Origin: Nitrospirota bacterium
GTDB lineage: Bacteria > Nitrospirota > Thermodesulfovibrionia > UBA6902
Reading direction: 5' to 3'
NCBI GenBank assembly: GCA_016234115.1
Contig: JACRHD010000017.1
Coordinates: forward strand, 811-64,810
Length of the DNA: 64,000 bases
Positions 38,518 through 47,230 of this stretch are shown one piece after another (the first letter of the stretch is position 1; every line of letters begins with the position of its first letter). A model generated the notes under the pieces. It was not told the DNA's origin. It searched no databases and was given only the letters and a program-made list of their open reading frames with translations. A program made the position numbers and the translations under genes.

Positions 38518-40659
38518 TCAGTTACTCTCAGGCATGGAGTGGCTTGTATAAATAAGACCGCCTCCGCCGGGAGCAGCCCATATTAAACCTGACCCTTTCC
38601 ATCCGTATTCCAGATCATTCACCCTGTAGTTTGATCCTACAGACCTGAAGAGCTCGCCCGAAATGTTAAAAAAATAATTACCGCCGTCGACGGATTTATA
38701 TATTCCTTCCGAATACTGCTGTACGGTCCCCCCTCCCGTATACGAGGCGATATACACAACATCGGGATTCCCGGGCTCCACCAATACCGCGCTGCAATAA
38801 ACGCCTTCAATCCGCTTTTGCCAGCTTTTCCCCGCATCACTGCTCCTGTATACGGCCCTGCCGGCCCCGACCCAGAGGATATCCGGATTAGACGGGTCGA
38901 TTTCAAAACTCTTTCTCCTGACAGACAGGTCAGTCAAGTTGCGAGTTACCGGGAACCAGGTTTCACCGCCGTCCGCGCTTTTATATATTCCACCCTCTCT
39001 CGGGTCCTCCGAAGAAATTCCAGCGTAGATGTGTCCCCTTGTGTCGGACGTTAAAAAATGGATATGTGACATTCCTGCGGGCTTCGGCAGTCCTTTGCTG
39101 TGCAGCTCCCAGTTGCCGCCCTCATCACTGCTCTTCCAGACCCCGACCCCGCGTTCTCCTATGTAGAATACAGGATTTCTTTCGCCCCTGGCAATACTGA
39201 ACCTTCCAATTGATTTTGCAGTCTTCTCCCTCCATTGTTTCAGTATCGTCCATGTCCTGCCGGTATCAGTGCTTTTGGCAAGGAAAGGGTAAGGATGGGT
39301 GAATAAAGCATATAATGTCCTAAAGGAGTCATCAGCCGGCGAAAACAGCAGTTCATCACATTCTTCATAAGGGTCAACGAGGATAGTATTCTGCCACGTC
39401 CTGCCGCCGTCGGAGCTCCTTATCAGCCCGTGGTCTACGTCGGCGGCTATAATGATATCGGGGTTCCCCGGATTTACCTTTACAAACCAATAAGTGTCCT
39501 GCCGCAGCCCCTTCACCGTATGACGCCAGGTCTTTCCGTCATCATCGCTGAGGTAAGCTCCAACCATATCGGTAAGATACCATCTTCCGGGTTTCCTCGG
39601 GTCTGCATACAGGGAAATTATGCCGTCAAATTTGCCTTTCAGCTTATGATAAATAAATCCATCATCATCCTGTTCGTCTATTTCCGAAAAAAACCATGTC
39701 TTTCCTCCGTTCATGCTTCTGATGGGCCGTTGCAGTGTAGATATGATGATAGTGCCTTCGGAACTTACGTCCATCAATCTCCGCCCCTTCCATACAGAAA
39801 GTTCTTTGAAGGTATGCAGTAGGTCCCAACTTGCCCCGCCGTCATCGCTCTTATACAAATAAGCGGGATAATCTATTGACGAATATTTTGGAGAATATGT
39901 GATCGTAGACGGGACGCCGAAAAATGCATATACTGTTTCTCTCTTGCCAGGATGGTTTGTTAATGCTAATAAATTCACTTTTGCGTGGGACAATACGTTT
40001 GTCCATGTCCGTCCCTGGTCCCGGCTAAGGTATACCCCTTCATTAATAAGCCCGGCGGCTACTTTGTCTTCGAAAAGCGGAAGAACTTTAAATACCTCGC
40101 TCCTCCCCCCTGTTGATACACGCTCCCATGTGCCGCCCTGATCTCTGCTTATAACTATGTCTCCGACTAATGTCGAAACATAAACGACGCGGTTTTGACC
40201 GACAGCAACGGCCGCTCCCGGCCAACCATATATTGAGTCATTGAGGTTCTCAAATGTATGATTGTTTACTCCCTTAAAGCCGTTCCATTTTGAAAATATC
40301 AATTGCCAGTGCTTTGCCCTGTCCGTAGTCTGGTATATGCCCTCCGGGCCCGTTGTGTAAAGGACGTCCGAATTAACCGGATCAACGGCCAGTCCGCCTT
40401 TATCAGATGAGGCCCCCATACTGCTCCATTCCCAGCTCTCACCGGCATTATCGCTCAGAAAAACACCGACTGTATCTGATGTCAGGTATACTCTTTCCAT
40501 GTCCGCCGGGTCGAAAGCAAAGTCCCTGACCGCGCCCCCTCCGCCAGGTCCTGTTTCACGCCATTCCGTCGGCTGTCCCCAGGCACAGGCGCCGAAGGCC
40601 ATGCCAGCGCTGATAAAACCGATGATATATTTTAAACGAACAATCACGTTTTGTTCCAT
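38518..40659 (-). CDS. Secreted BNR/Asp-box repeat (double beta-propeller) protein, glycoside-hydrolase-like
   Basis: N-terminal signal peptide and ~12 Asp-box motifs (SDDGGASW, SRDQGGTW, STDTGRTW, SADGGETW, SSDAGKSW …). It is encoded inside the GT operon. No PEP-CTERM tail is present. Confidence 0.7.
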   Translation of the reverse strand: MEQNVIVRLKYIIGFISAGMAFGACAWGQPTEWRETGPGGGGAVRDFAFDPADMERVYLTSDTVGVFLSDNAGESWEWSSMGASSDKGGLAVDPVNSDVLYTTGPEGIYQTTDRAKHWQLIFSKWNGFKGVNNHTFENLNDSIYGWPGAAVAVGQNRVVYVSTLVGDIVISRDQGGTWERVSTGGRSEVFKVLPLFEDKVAAGLINEGVYLSRDQGRTWTNVLSHAKVNLLALTNHPGKRETVYAFFGVPSTITYSPKYSSIDYPAYLYKSDDGGASWDLLHTFKELSVWKGRRLMDVSSEGTIIISTLQRPIRSMNGGKTWFFSEIDEQDDDGFIYHKLKGKFDGIISLYADPRKPGRWYLTDMVGAYLSDDDGKTWRHTVKGLRQDTYWFVKVNPGNPDIIIAADVDHGLIRSSDGGRTWQNTILVDPYEECDELLFSPADDSFRTLYALFTHPYPFLAKSTDTGRTWTILKQWREKTAKSIGRFSIARGERNPVFYIGERGVGVWKSSDEGGNWELHSKGLPKPAGMSHIHFLTSDTRGHIYAGISSEDPREGGIYKSADGGETWFPVTRNLTDLSVRRKSFEIDPSNPDILWVGAGRAVYRSSDAGKSWQKRIEGVYCSAVLVEPGNPDVVYIASYTGGGTVQQYSEGIYKSVDGGNYFFNISGELFRSVGSNYRVNDLEYGWKGSGLIWAAPGGGGLIYTSHSMPESN

Positions 40660-41780
40660 TTTTTATGGTCTGACAATTCTTCGAAAAGGAACTCATACTT
40701 TGCAACCATCTTCTGTACAGTAAATTTCTCCTGTAAGACATTCCTGCCGTTCTCACCCATTTTTATCGCGGCGACTTTATTTTCAAGCAACTTCAGAATT
40801 GCTCCAGCCAGCGCATCATGATCTCCCGGAGCCACTAAAGTGCCTGTCTCCCCGCTTACTACTATTTCGGACGCACTGCCGACGTTCGTGGCAACGACAG
40901 GCTTCCCGGCAGCCATATATTCAAGTATTGCATTTGGGAAAGTATCGAAATCAGACGGCATGACCGCCACATCGAACAAAGAAACCATTCGGGGTATGTC
41001 CTTTCTCGTTCCCAAAAAAAGTATATTCGGCTGAATTGAAAAGCGCTCAACTATCTTCTCAAGGCCCTTCCTTTCTTCCCCGTCTCCGACAATAAGAAAT
41101 TTGACCCCGGGAAATGAATATGTTATTTTTTTAGCCGCCTTCAGGAAAGTATGATATCCCTTTTCAGGAACCAGCCTCGCAACGACGCCTACAACCGGAA
41201 CGTCTTCAGGGACATTCAACTCGGCGCGCAAAGCCGAACGGTCAATGTTTTCAATGAACTTATCCGCATCGATGCCGTTATATATGACTTCAATCTGAGC
41301 AGGCCTGAAGCCTTCGGAGTTTATCAAATATTCCTTATGCAGATTCGATTGCGCAATAACTTTATCGACAAAAGGCAGCATGATTTTATTGACAAGCTTC
41401 CGGCGTCTGACCCGGTGGATGGGATTCTGGGTCGCGACGCGAGTAATATTTATTTTGATTCCCGCAAGCCTTGAGTATACCCCTCCCCAGAACTGAGTAA
41501 GCGGATAATTTGTTGTATACAGGATATGTGCGTTTTCATTCTTGATGGCGCTTACGGGTTTCAGACTGTTGTATATGTCCCATTTGCCCCTGATAAAGCC
41601 GTCGTGCACTTTGAAACCGTTATTTACAAGCGCCCTGCCCATCGGTCCCATATCGTACAAGCAGTAAACTGAGGGAATGAATTTGTCTTTATTCAGATGC
41701 GATATCAGATTGAATATATGCCCTTCAGTCCCTCCCACCTGCAGGGTAGGCATGAGAAAGGCTATTTTTATTTTTTCCAT
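40644..41780 (-). CDS. Family-4 (group 1) glycosyltransferase
   Basis: E-x7-E motif (FDTFPNAILEYMAAGKPVVAT). Length is 378 aa. Confidence 0.8.
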   Translation of the reverse strand: MEKIKIAFLMPTLQVGGTEGHIFNLISHLNKDKFIPSVYCLYDMGPMGRALVNNGFKVHDGFIRGKWDIYNSLKPVSAIKNENAHILYTTNYPLTQFWGGVYSRLAGIKINITRVATQNPIHRVRRRKLVNKIMLPFVDKVIAQSNLHKEYLINSEGFRPAQIEVIYNGIDADKFIENIDRSALRAELNVPEDVPVVGVVARLVPEKGYHTFLKAAKKITYSFPGVKFLIVGDGEERKGLEKIVERFSIQPNILFLGTRKDIPRMVSLFDVAVMPSDFDTFPNAILEYMAAGKPVVATNVGSASEIVVSGETGTLVAPGDHDALAGAILKLLENKVAAIKMGENGRNVLQEKFTVQKMVAKYEFLFEELSDHKKWNKT

Positions 41781-41822
41781 TTTGCCCGGAAATAAATTAA
41801 AAACTGTTTAAGCGCGTCTTCG

Positions 41823-43055
41823 CTACAGTCCCCGCAGGAACGGAAGACCATGTAATTTCCGAAAAATAAATTTAATCAGATATTTCATCTTCTGTAGTCT
41901 CATCACCCAGAGATAGCCCTTGCGGCCCTTGAAATATTTTAGCCGGGCGCTCAGCAGACCTGCATCTTCTGCAAAGGATATAAATTTACTTTTAATGAAA
42001 ACCGCGGTCTCGCAGCCTATGCGATGGACCGCCGACGGGTCTTCTCCGAAGACATTTTTTCTGTTCATAATTTTCCGGGTCGAAGATATGTACCCGCATT
42101 CCATGGCTACTTTCAGCGCCGCATTATTGTAAGCCCCGCCGGGCCAACAGAGAAAATCGACTTTCTTGTTAAGTTTATCTTCGATTATTTTTTTACTTTC
42201 CGACAATTCATACCTGTATCTCCGGTCCTGTTCCGTCTCTGTCTCGAACCTTCCGTTTAATTTGCAATCCGATTTATATGATCCGGCTTCCCGAAACAAC
42301 GCGTCCGCCCATCTTTCCCCCTGAAAAAAATTTCCGTCCCGGCTTTCCACATAATTCACCAGACGGCGGGTCAAATCCTTGTCTTCATAATATCTCCTGG
42401 TCCCGAGAGACCTTCCGTGTTTATAGATCGGCGTGCCGTACGGCACATAATTTTCCTGATTCTCACTCATGTAAAAACTTTTCTTCTCCGGCAGCGCGTT
42501 CCAGAAAAGCCACGGATAATCATCATTGCCGGGATGATGGAAGCCCACAATATCCTCTTCGCAGAAATACCATGTATGGGACATGGAATGCGATTGAATA
42601 TCAATCACCCCCTCCGCCTCCATAATTTTCATTTCAGGCCATGACAGAAACCCTTTTGTTTCCAGGTCATGAAACGGCGTTTCGCGATACCAGACGTCTT
42701 CAAGGTTCTTCCTGACTATATCACGCGGGTCCGCAAATTCAGGGTTGACATAAACTGCCCCCCTGAACCCATATTTCTTCAGTAAAGGATACGCGAACAC
42801 CCAGTTATCGAGGTACCCGTCGTCAAATGTCAGCAAAACAGGCAAGGCAGGCAGTTCGCTGCCGTTCTTCATATGCTCGTACAGTTGCCGCAGGGAAATA
42901 GTCTCATACCCTTTTCGTCTGAGCCATTTCAATTGTTTTTCAAACAATTCCCACGGACACGTCAAATATTTCCATATCCATTTCTCATTTACTACACCGA
43001 CGCCGTGATACATTACGACCGGCACGGCGGCATGTGTTTTATTTCTTTTAGGCAT
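41823..43055 (-). CDS. Polysaccharide deacetylase (NodB/CE4 family)
   Basis: Conserved TFDDG motif (LLTFDDGYLDNW) and downstream His motifs (SHSMSH). It is 410 aa, with an extended C-terminal region. Confidence 0.7.
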   Translation of the reverse strand: MPKRNKTHAAVPVVMYHGVGVVNEKWIWKYLTCPWELFEKQLKWLRRKGYETISLRQLYEHMKNGSELPALPVLLTFDDGYLDNWVFAYPLLKKYGFRGAVYVNPEFADPRDIVRKNLEDVWYRETPFHDLETKGFLSWPEMKIMEAEGVIDIQSHSMSHTWYFCEEDIVGFHHPGNDDYPWLFWNALPEKKSFYMSENQENYVPYGTPIYKHGRSLGTRRYYEDKDLTRRLVNYVESRDGNFFQGERWADALFREAGSYKSDCKLNGRFETETEQDRRYRYELSESKKIIEDKLNKKVDFLCWPGGAYNNAALKVAMECGYISSTRKIMNRKNVFGEDPSAVHRIGCETAVFIKSKFISFAEDAGLLSARLKYFKGRKGYLWVMRLQKMKYLIKFIFRKLHGLPFLRGL

Positions 43056-44160
43056 CTTTCATATCGCTGTATATTTTGAGATATTGCCTCACTACCGAGT
43101 CAAAATTATAATTACGCTGATACGTCTGCCCGGCCCCATCCGCTAATGTTTCTGCAATTCCTTTATTTTGCACAAGATACTCTATCTTGTCTCTTAAATC
43201 ATCTCTGTCGCCCACCTCAAACAGCAATCCGTTCCTGCCGTGTTCGATTATAGTGTTTATTCCTCTCGTGTTCGAGCCTATAATCGGCATGCCGTTGAAC
43301 ATCGCTTCAATCATGGAAATAGGCGTCCCTTCAAAAAGCGAAGGGATTATATATATGTCCGCAATTTTGAATAAAGCAGGAATTTCTTCATGCGGGACCC
43401 TTCCGGCAAAAGTGACAAATTTACCGAATTTGCTCTCTGCCGCTCTCATCTCCAGCTCTTTTCGCATTATGCCGTCGCCGACAAAAAGGAGTCTGAGCCT
43501 GTTCTTCTCGATAAACCCTCTGTCCATTTGAATAAAAGAATCAAGGAGAACATCATTCCCTTTTATTTTCTTTATTGAACCGAGACAAAGCAAAATTGTT
43601 TCCGTACTGCCGAACCCGTACTTCATCCGTAAGCTTTGTCTGTCTTCCCTGCATCCTTCAAAAGGTATTAAAGGGGGAATATATACAATTTTTCTCCCTG
43701 AGCGACTCTCATATTCATCTTTGATAGCTTGAGAAACTCCCACAATTGCCGCAGCATTTTCAAAGAAAACCTTATGCGGGAACGCCGGTTTCCATGGGTG
43801 CATACCGCCTCCGTGAATTGTAATCAAATAGGGAATTCCCAGAAGTTTCTTAGTGAGGGGATACGTCAGCCATTGCAGCCAGTGCGCACGTGAATAGGAA
43901 GCGACGTGAATGAAATCCGTCCGATGCCGCATTTTAATTATATTGGCGATATCCTCCAGTGGGATGGAAATTCTTGCCGGCCCGAATTTTCCGGCATCAA
44001 TTCTTATACAGGTGACCGGCAAATCCGACTTATCTTCACAGCCGGTCAGCACGGCTATATTGTGAAATCTGGCCAATTCCTTCAACAGATAATAGTTAAA
44101 GATTTCAGCGCCGCCGGTCACCGAAGGGTAAAGCTGGTGAGAGACAAAAAGTACGTTCAT
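43048..44160 (-). CDS. Family-4 (group 1) glycosyltransferase
   Basis: E-x7-E motif (FEGTPISMIEAMFNGMPIIG). Length is 370 aa. Confidence 0.8.
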   Translation of the reverse strand: MNVLFVSHQLYPSVTGGAEIFNYYLLKELARFHNIAVLTGCEDKSDLPVTCIRIDAGKFGPARISIPLEDIANIIKMRHRTDFIHVASYSRAHWLQWLTYPLTKKLLGIPYLITIHGGGMHPWKPAFPHKVFFENAAAIVGVSQAIKDEYESRSGRKIVYIPPLIPFEGCREDRQSLRMKYGFGSTETILLCLGSIKKIKGNDVLLDSFIQMDRGFIEKNRLRLLFVGDGIMRKELEMRAAESKFGKFVTFAGRVPHEEIPALFKIADIYIIPSLFEGTPISMIEAMFNGMPIIGSNTRGINTIIEHGRNGLLFEVGDRDDLRDKIEYLVQNKGIAETLADGAGQTYQRNYNFDSVVRQYLKIYSDMKDA

Positions 44161-44264
44161 GACCCCTTGACAACGGCAGACATATTGTCAAATGAAACTC
44201 TTATGATGAAATGATTGAATATATCCGCTTTCACAGTCAAAATCGGCAGAACTGCTTCATGGGT

Positions 44265-45596
44265 TCAGCGCGCAAATGGTGAAACCTTTGAAATTACAAA
44301 TTTCTGTTTTCCTGCCCCTGTTAGAGGTATTTTATCCGTAAATTCGAGGTTGACCTTCATGTCCTCACCGCATTTTTCATGGACCAGCCTTAAGAGCGTC
44401 TCTTTATACTCGGTTTTAAAATCATCATCCGTCACCAGTTTCAAAACTATAATATTTCGGGCTTCCTGAACGACCTGAAATTGAGAGACCCCCCTGATGT
44501 GCGTTCTCATTAAAATTGTCCAGAAGTTCCCTGTTATATAGTTATTATTCATTCCGACTACAACATCAAATACTCTCCCTTCAACTCTCTTGATGAGCGG
44601 CAGCCCTCGGCCGCAGCGACAGGTCCCCTCACCCGATAAGCCGATATCGCCTATCCTGTACCTGATGAAGGGGAAGGCATAATTATCCAGGTCGGTTATC
44701 GCCATTTCGCCTACTTCCCCGGCCTTGCACGGGGCCCCGTCTTCATTCAGAAACTCCACTATTACATGCTCCGCATTAATATGTAATCCATCATGCTCTT
44801 CACATTCACATGCGATGCTGGCCGTCTCCCTGCAGCCATAACGATTGAAGACCCTGCAATGAAAGGCGGATTCAATTTTTTCTCTCTGATACTCATATAA
44901 CGTCTCTCCGGAACAAATAATTCCTTTTAATTGAATAATCTCTAACCCTTTTTTTTCCAGGAAATTTGCAAATGTAAATAAACCGGACGGATAGCCGGTC
45001 AATAAAGCAGGTTTATATTTATTAATCCTTTGCCGGTAACCCAGCATATCATCTTCTTTCATATCAAACGATGATAAATACAGGTTTCTGTGCAAAACCA
45101 GATTTCTTATTTTATAGCTTATTTTCTGCGCCATTGAAATATCGAAATGAGAACCCCACAAAATTGCCTGCCTTTCTCCTATGTCCCATCCGGTCCACAT
45201 GCTGTTTCTCATTGCAAGACATACGTTAATGTCGTTCTTTGCGTCGCTGTAGAATTTCATCGACGCTCCGGTCGAACCGCTCGTTGAGTTAGGCTTGAAA
45301 TACCCTGACGGAAAATTAGTCGCCTTCAGCTCCTCGATATTTTCACTTATATTTTTTTTCGTAAGAGTCGGCATTTGTATAATGTCGTCCACGCACTTGA
45401 TCCTGTCCAGAATGTTTAATTTATAGTAGTAAGGAATATTTTTCTTGCAGTGTTCAACGAGCCTCAGAAATTTAATATTTTGAATTTCTTTTATCTCTCC
45501 GGGCGACAGCCACTGAGAATGCATCAACTCGTTAAAATAGTTTATCTTCTGCTTTCTTAAAATGCGTAATAAACCCAAGGCTATTATTTTCTTCAT
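44265..45596 (-). CDS. CapK/PaaK-like adenylate-forming enzyme (phenylacetate-CoA-ligase / F390-synthetase family)
   Basis: AMP-binding P-loop-like TSGSTGASMKFY. The size (443 aa) and domain order match the CapK family that recurs in capsule/EPS and exosortase-associated loci. Confidence 0.7.
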   Translation of the reverse strand: MKKIIALGLLRILRKQKINYFNELMHSQWLSPGEIKEIQNIKFLRLVEHCKKNIPYYYKLNILDRIKCVDDIIQMPTLTKKNISENIEELKATNFPSGYFKPNSTSGSTGASMKFYSDAKNDINVCLAMRNSMWTGWDIGERQAILWGSHFDISMAQKISYKIRNLVLHRNLYLSSFDMKEDDMLGYRQRINKYKPALLTGYPSGLFTFANFLEKKGLEIIQLKGIICSGETLYEYQREKIESAFHCRVFNRYGCRETASIACECEEHDGLHINAEHVIVEFLNEDGAPCKAGEVGEMAITDLDNYAFPFIRYRIGDIGLSGEGTCRCGRGLPLIKRVEGRVFDVVVGMNNNYITGNFWTILMRTHIRGVSQFQVVQEARNIIVLKLVTDDDFKTEYKETLLRLVHEKCGEDMKVNLEFTDKIPLTGAGKQKFVISKVSPFAR

Positions 45597-45612
45597 TCCT
45601 TATTGCTACGCC

Positions 45613-47145
45613 TTACGGTCTGCCTGCAAGTAATAATTTTTCCCTGACTTTCCCGAGGATCATTTTATCTTCTTCAGTTATGCAGAAATAATAATATGCC
45701 AGTGAACCGGATGACATGAAAAGCAATGTCCCGATAGCAATCCTCCACACATGCCAGACATCAATCATATTCAATGTGAAATAAGTGATCAGATACGCGG
45801 GAATGAATGCGCCTATGATTTTAATAAAATCCATATTAAACGGCTGCAATCCCCTCTTTATCTTTAATTGCAACACTAAAATACAATTCATAATACTGCC
45901 CGAGAGCGTACTGGCGACCGCCGCCCCTACTATATCCAGGTTCATCTCTTTTATAAAAAAATAATTCAGGGCCGTGCTCAAAACCAATGCTATAAAAGTA
46001 TTCATCAGGACCAGCTTCTGGTGCCCCATTGACACCAGAACATAGCCGACCCCGCCCAGGGAAGCTATTATCAGCTTGCCCGTACATAATATCAGCAGCG
46101 GCGTCGAGGCGGACATATATTCCTCCCCAAAAAATAAAAGGATGTCTTTGTCTAACAAAAAAACGAGTCCGACCAGCGTTAAGCTGACGGAAAATATCCA
46201 CTTGGTTATTATCTGATACAGATATCCGATGCCCGAATAGTCCTTTTCAGCGAATTTTTCGGCAACTACCGGCATCAAAATCTCATTGAAGGCATAGAAG
46301 ACAAAGCTGATAAGTATTGCTATATTCAGCGCTACGGCATAAATACCGACTGTTTCCGCCGGGCAAAAATAGCTCAGCATGAAAACATCCACCGTCCCGG
46401 TCAAAAACGCAATTAAATGATGGAAGAGAAGCGGCACCGAAAAATCATAAAGTTCTTTCCGGGTGACGCCCATTTCCTGACCGGGCTTTTTAAACATGTC
46501 GCCGAATGTTAATGAAAAGTTCATCGTCCACTTAAGAGACATCAGAAGCAATATTAAACTTATGACCTCGATCAGAACAATTGCCATGAGAACCAGGCGG
46601 AAATTCAGACCCACAAAATACATAATGCCCAGAACGCAAAAAAGGACCACGGAATACACGATTTGTTTGAAAAAAACATTATACTTGAGCTGCTTTGCCC
46701 CCTGATTGGCAGACATCAGCAGTTGATTGACGGTTGAAAGCGGCACCAGGAATGAAAATATCCTCAGCACATCGGCAAGCCCGGGTTTATTAAATATCTC
46801 TATTGCCACATAATCGCTGAGAGCAAACATCAGGAAACCGAAAACAATACTGCAGACGGTCCCGATTTTCAATACATATGTCAGCAAGGCCTTTGCCTCC
46901 ATATTGCTCCGCCTCAGGCAACCCGGGATATATCTCACCAGCCCCACATCCAGCCCCATCTTAGTAACAGTGAATAAAGACTGTTGACACCTGAAACCCA
47001 ATTGATAGAGTCCCAGCATCAACGGACCCAACACATTTGCCAGCAGGATGCCGTTGACGATCTTGAACAGTTGCGCGATAATTTCTCCTGCGTATCGCCA
47101 TCCCGCCTGTTTAGCTATGATTGATAAATTCTTTTTGTCTTCCAC
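45613..47145 (-). CDS. Wzx-type polysaccharide flippase (MOP superfamily)
   Basis: 510 aa with ~14 TM helices. It begins with GTG at 47145 (VEDKKNLSIIAKQAGWRYAGEIIAQLFKIV…). The start lies inside the 118-bp repeat copy A and overlaps, in another frame, a remnant of the Wzy-like C-terminus. Confidence 0.7.
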   Translation of the reverse strand: MEDKKNLSIIAKQAGWRYAGEIIAQLFKIVNGILLANVLGPLMLGLYQLGFRCQQSLFTVTKMGLDVGLVRYIPGCLRRSNMEAKALLTYVLKIGTVCSIVFGFLMFALSDYVAIEIFNKPGLADVLRIFSFLVPLSTVNQLLMSANQGAKQLKYNVFFKQIVYSVVLFCVLGIMYFVGLNFRLVLMAIVLIEVISLILLLMSLKWTMNFSLTFGDMFKKPGQEMGVTRKELYDFSVPLLFHHLIAFLTGTVDVFMLSYFCPAETVGIYAVALNIAILISFVFYAFNEILMPVVAEKFAEKDYSGIGYLYQIITKWIFSVSLTLVGLVFLLDKDILLFFGEEYMSASTPLLILCTGKLIIASLGGVGYVLVSMGHQKLVLMNTFIALVLSTALNYFFIKEMNLDIVGAAVASTLSGSIMNCILVLQLKIKRGLQPFNMDFIKIIGAFIPAYLITYFTLNMIDVWHVWRIAIGTLLFMSSGSLAYYYFCITEEDKMILGKVREKLLLAGRP

Positions 47146-47188
47146 CCGTCATACTCCCGACTCATACCGTGATTTTCAGTTTCACTGA
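47071..47188. repeat. 118-bp direct repeat, copy A (Wzy-end/Wzx-start junction)
   Basis: ~97% identical (4 mismatches) to 49355-49472, seen directly. It contains the Wzx GTG start plus a 27-codon remnant ORF (MQSISETENHGMSREYDGWKTKRIYQS) matching the C-terminus of the Wzy-like protein. Confidence 0.85.
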
Positions 47189-47230
47189 TACTCTGCATGG
47201 TCGTTCTTGCCTGTTCTTTTCTCGTTCCCA

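Noticed and set aside
38518-40659. PEP-CTERM sorting signal on the BNR protein or any other secreted protein in the window
   Set aside because: The C-termini were inspected (…YTSHSMPESN for the BNR protein, …RKERGDYGY for the DUF2845 protein, …NNIIFAP for the MORN protein). None has a PEP motif followed by a TM helix and basic tail.
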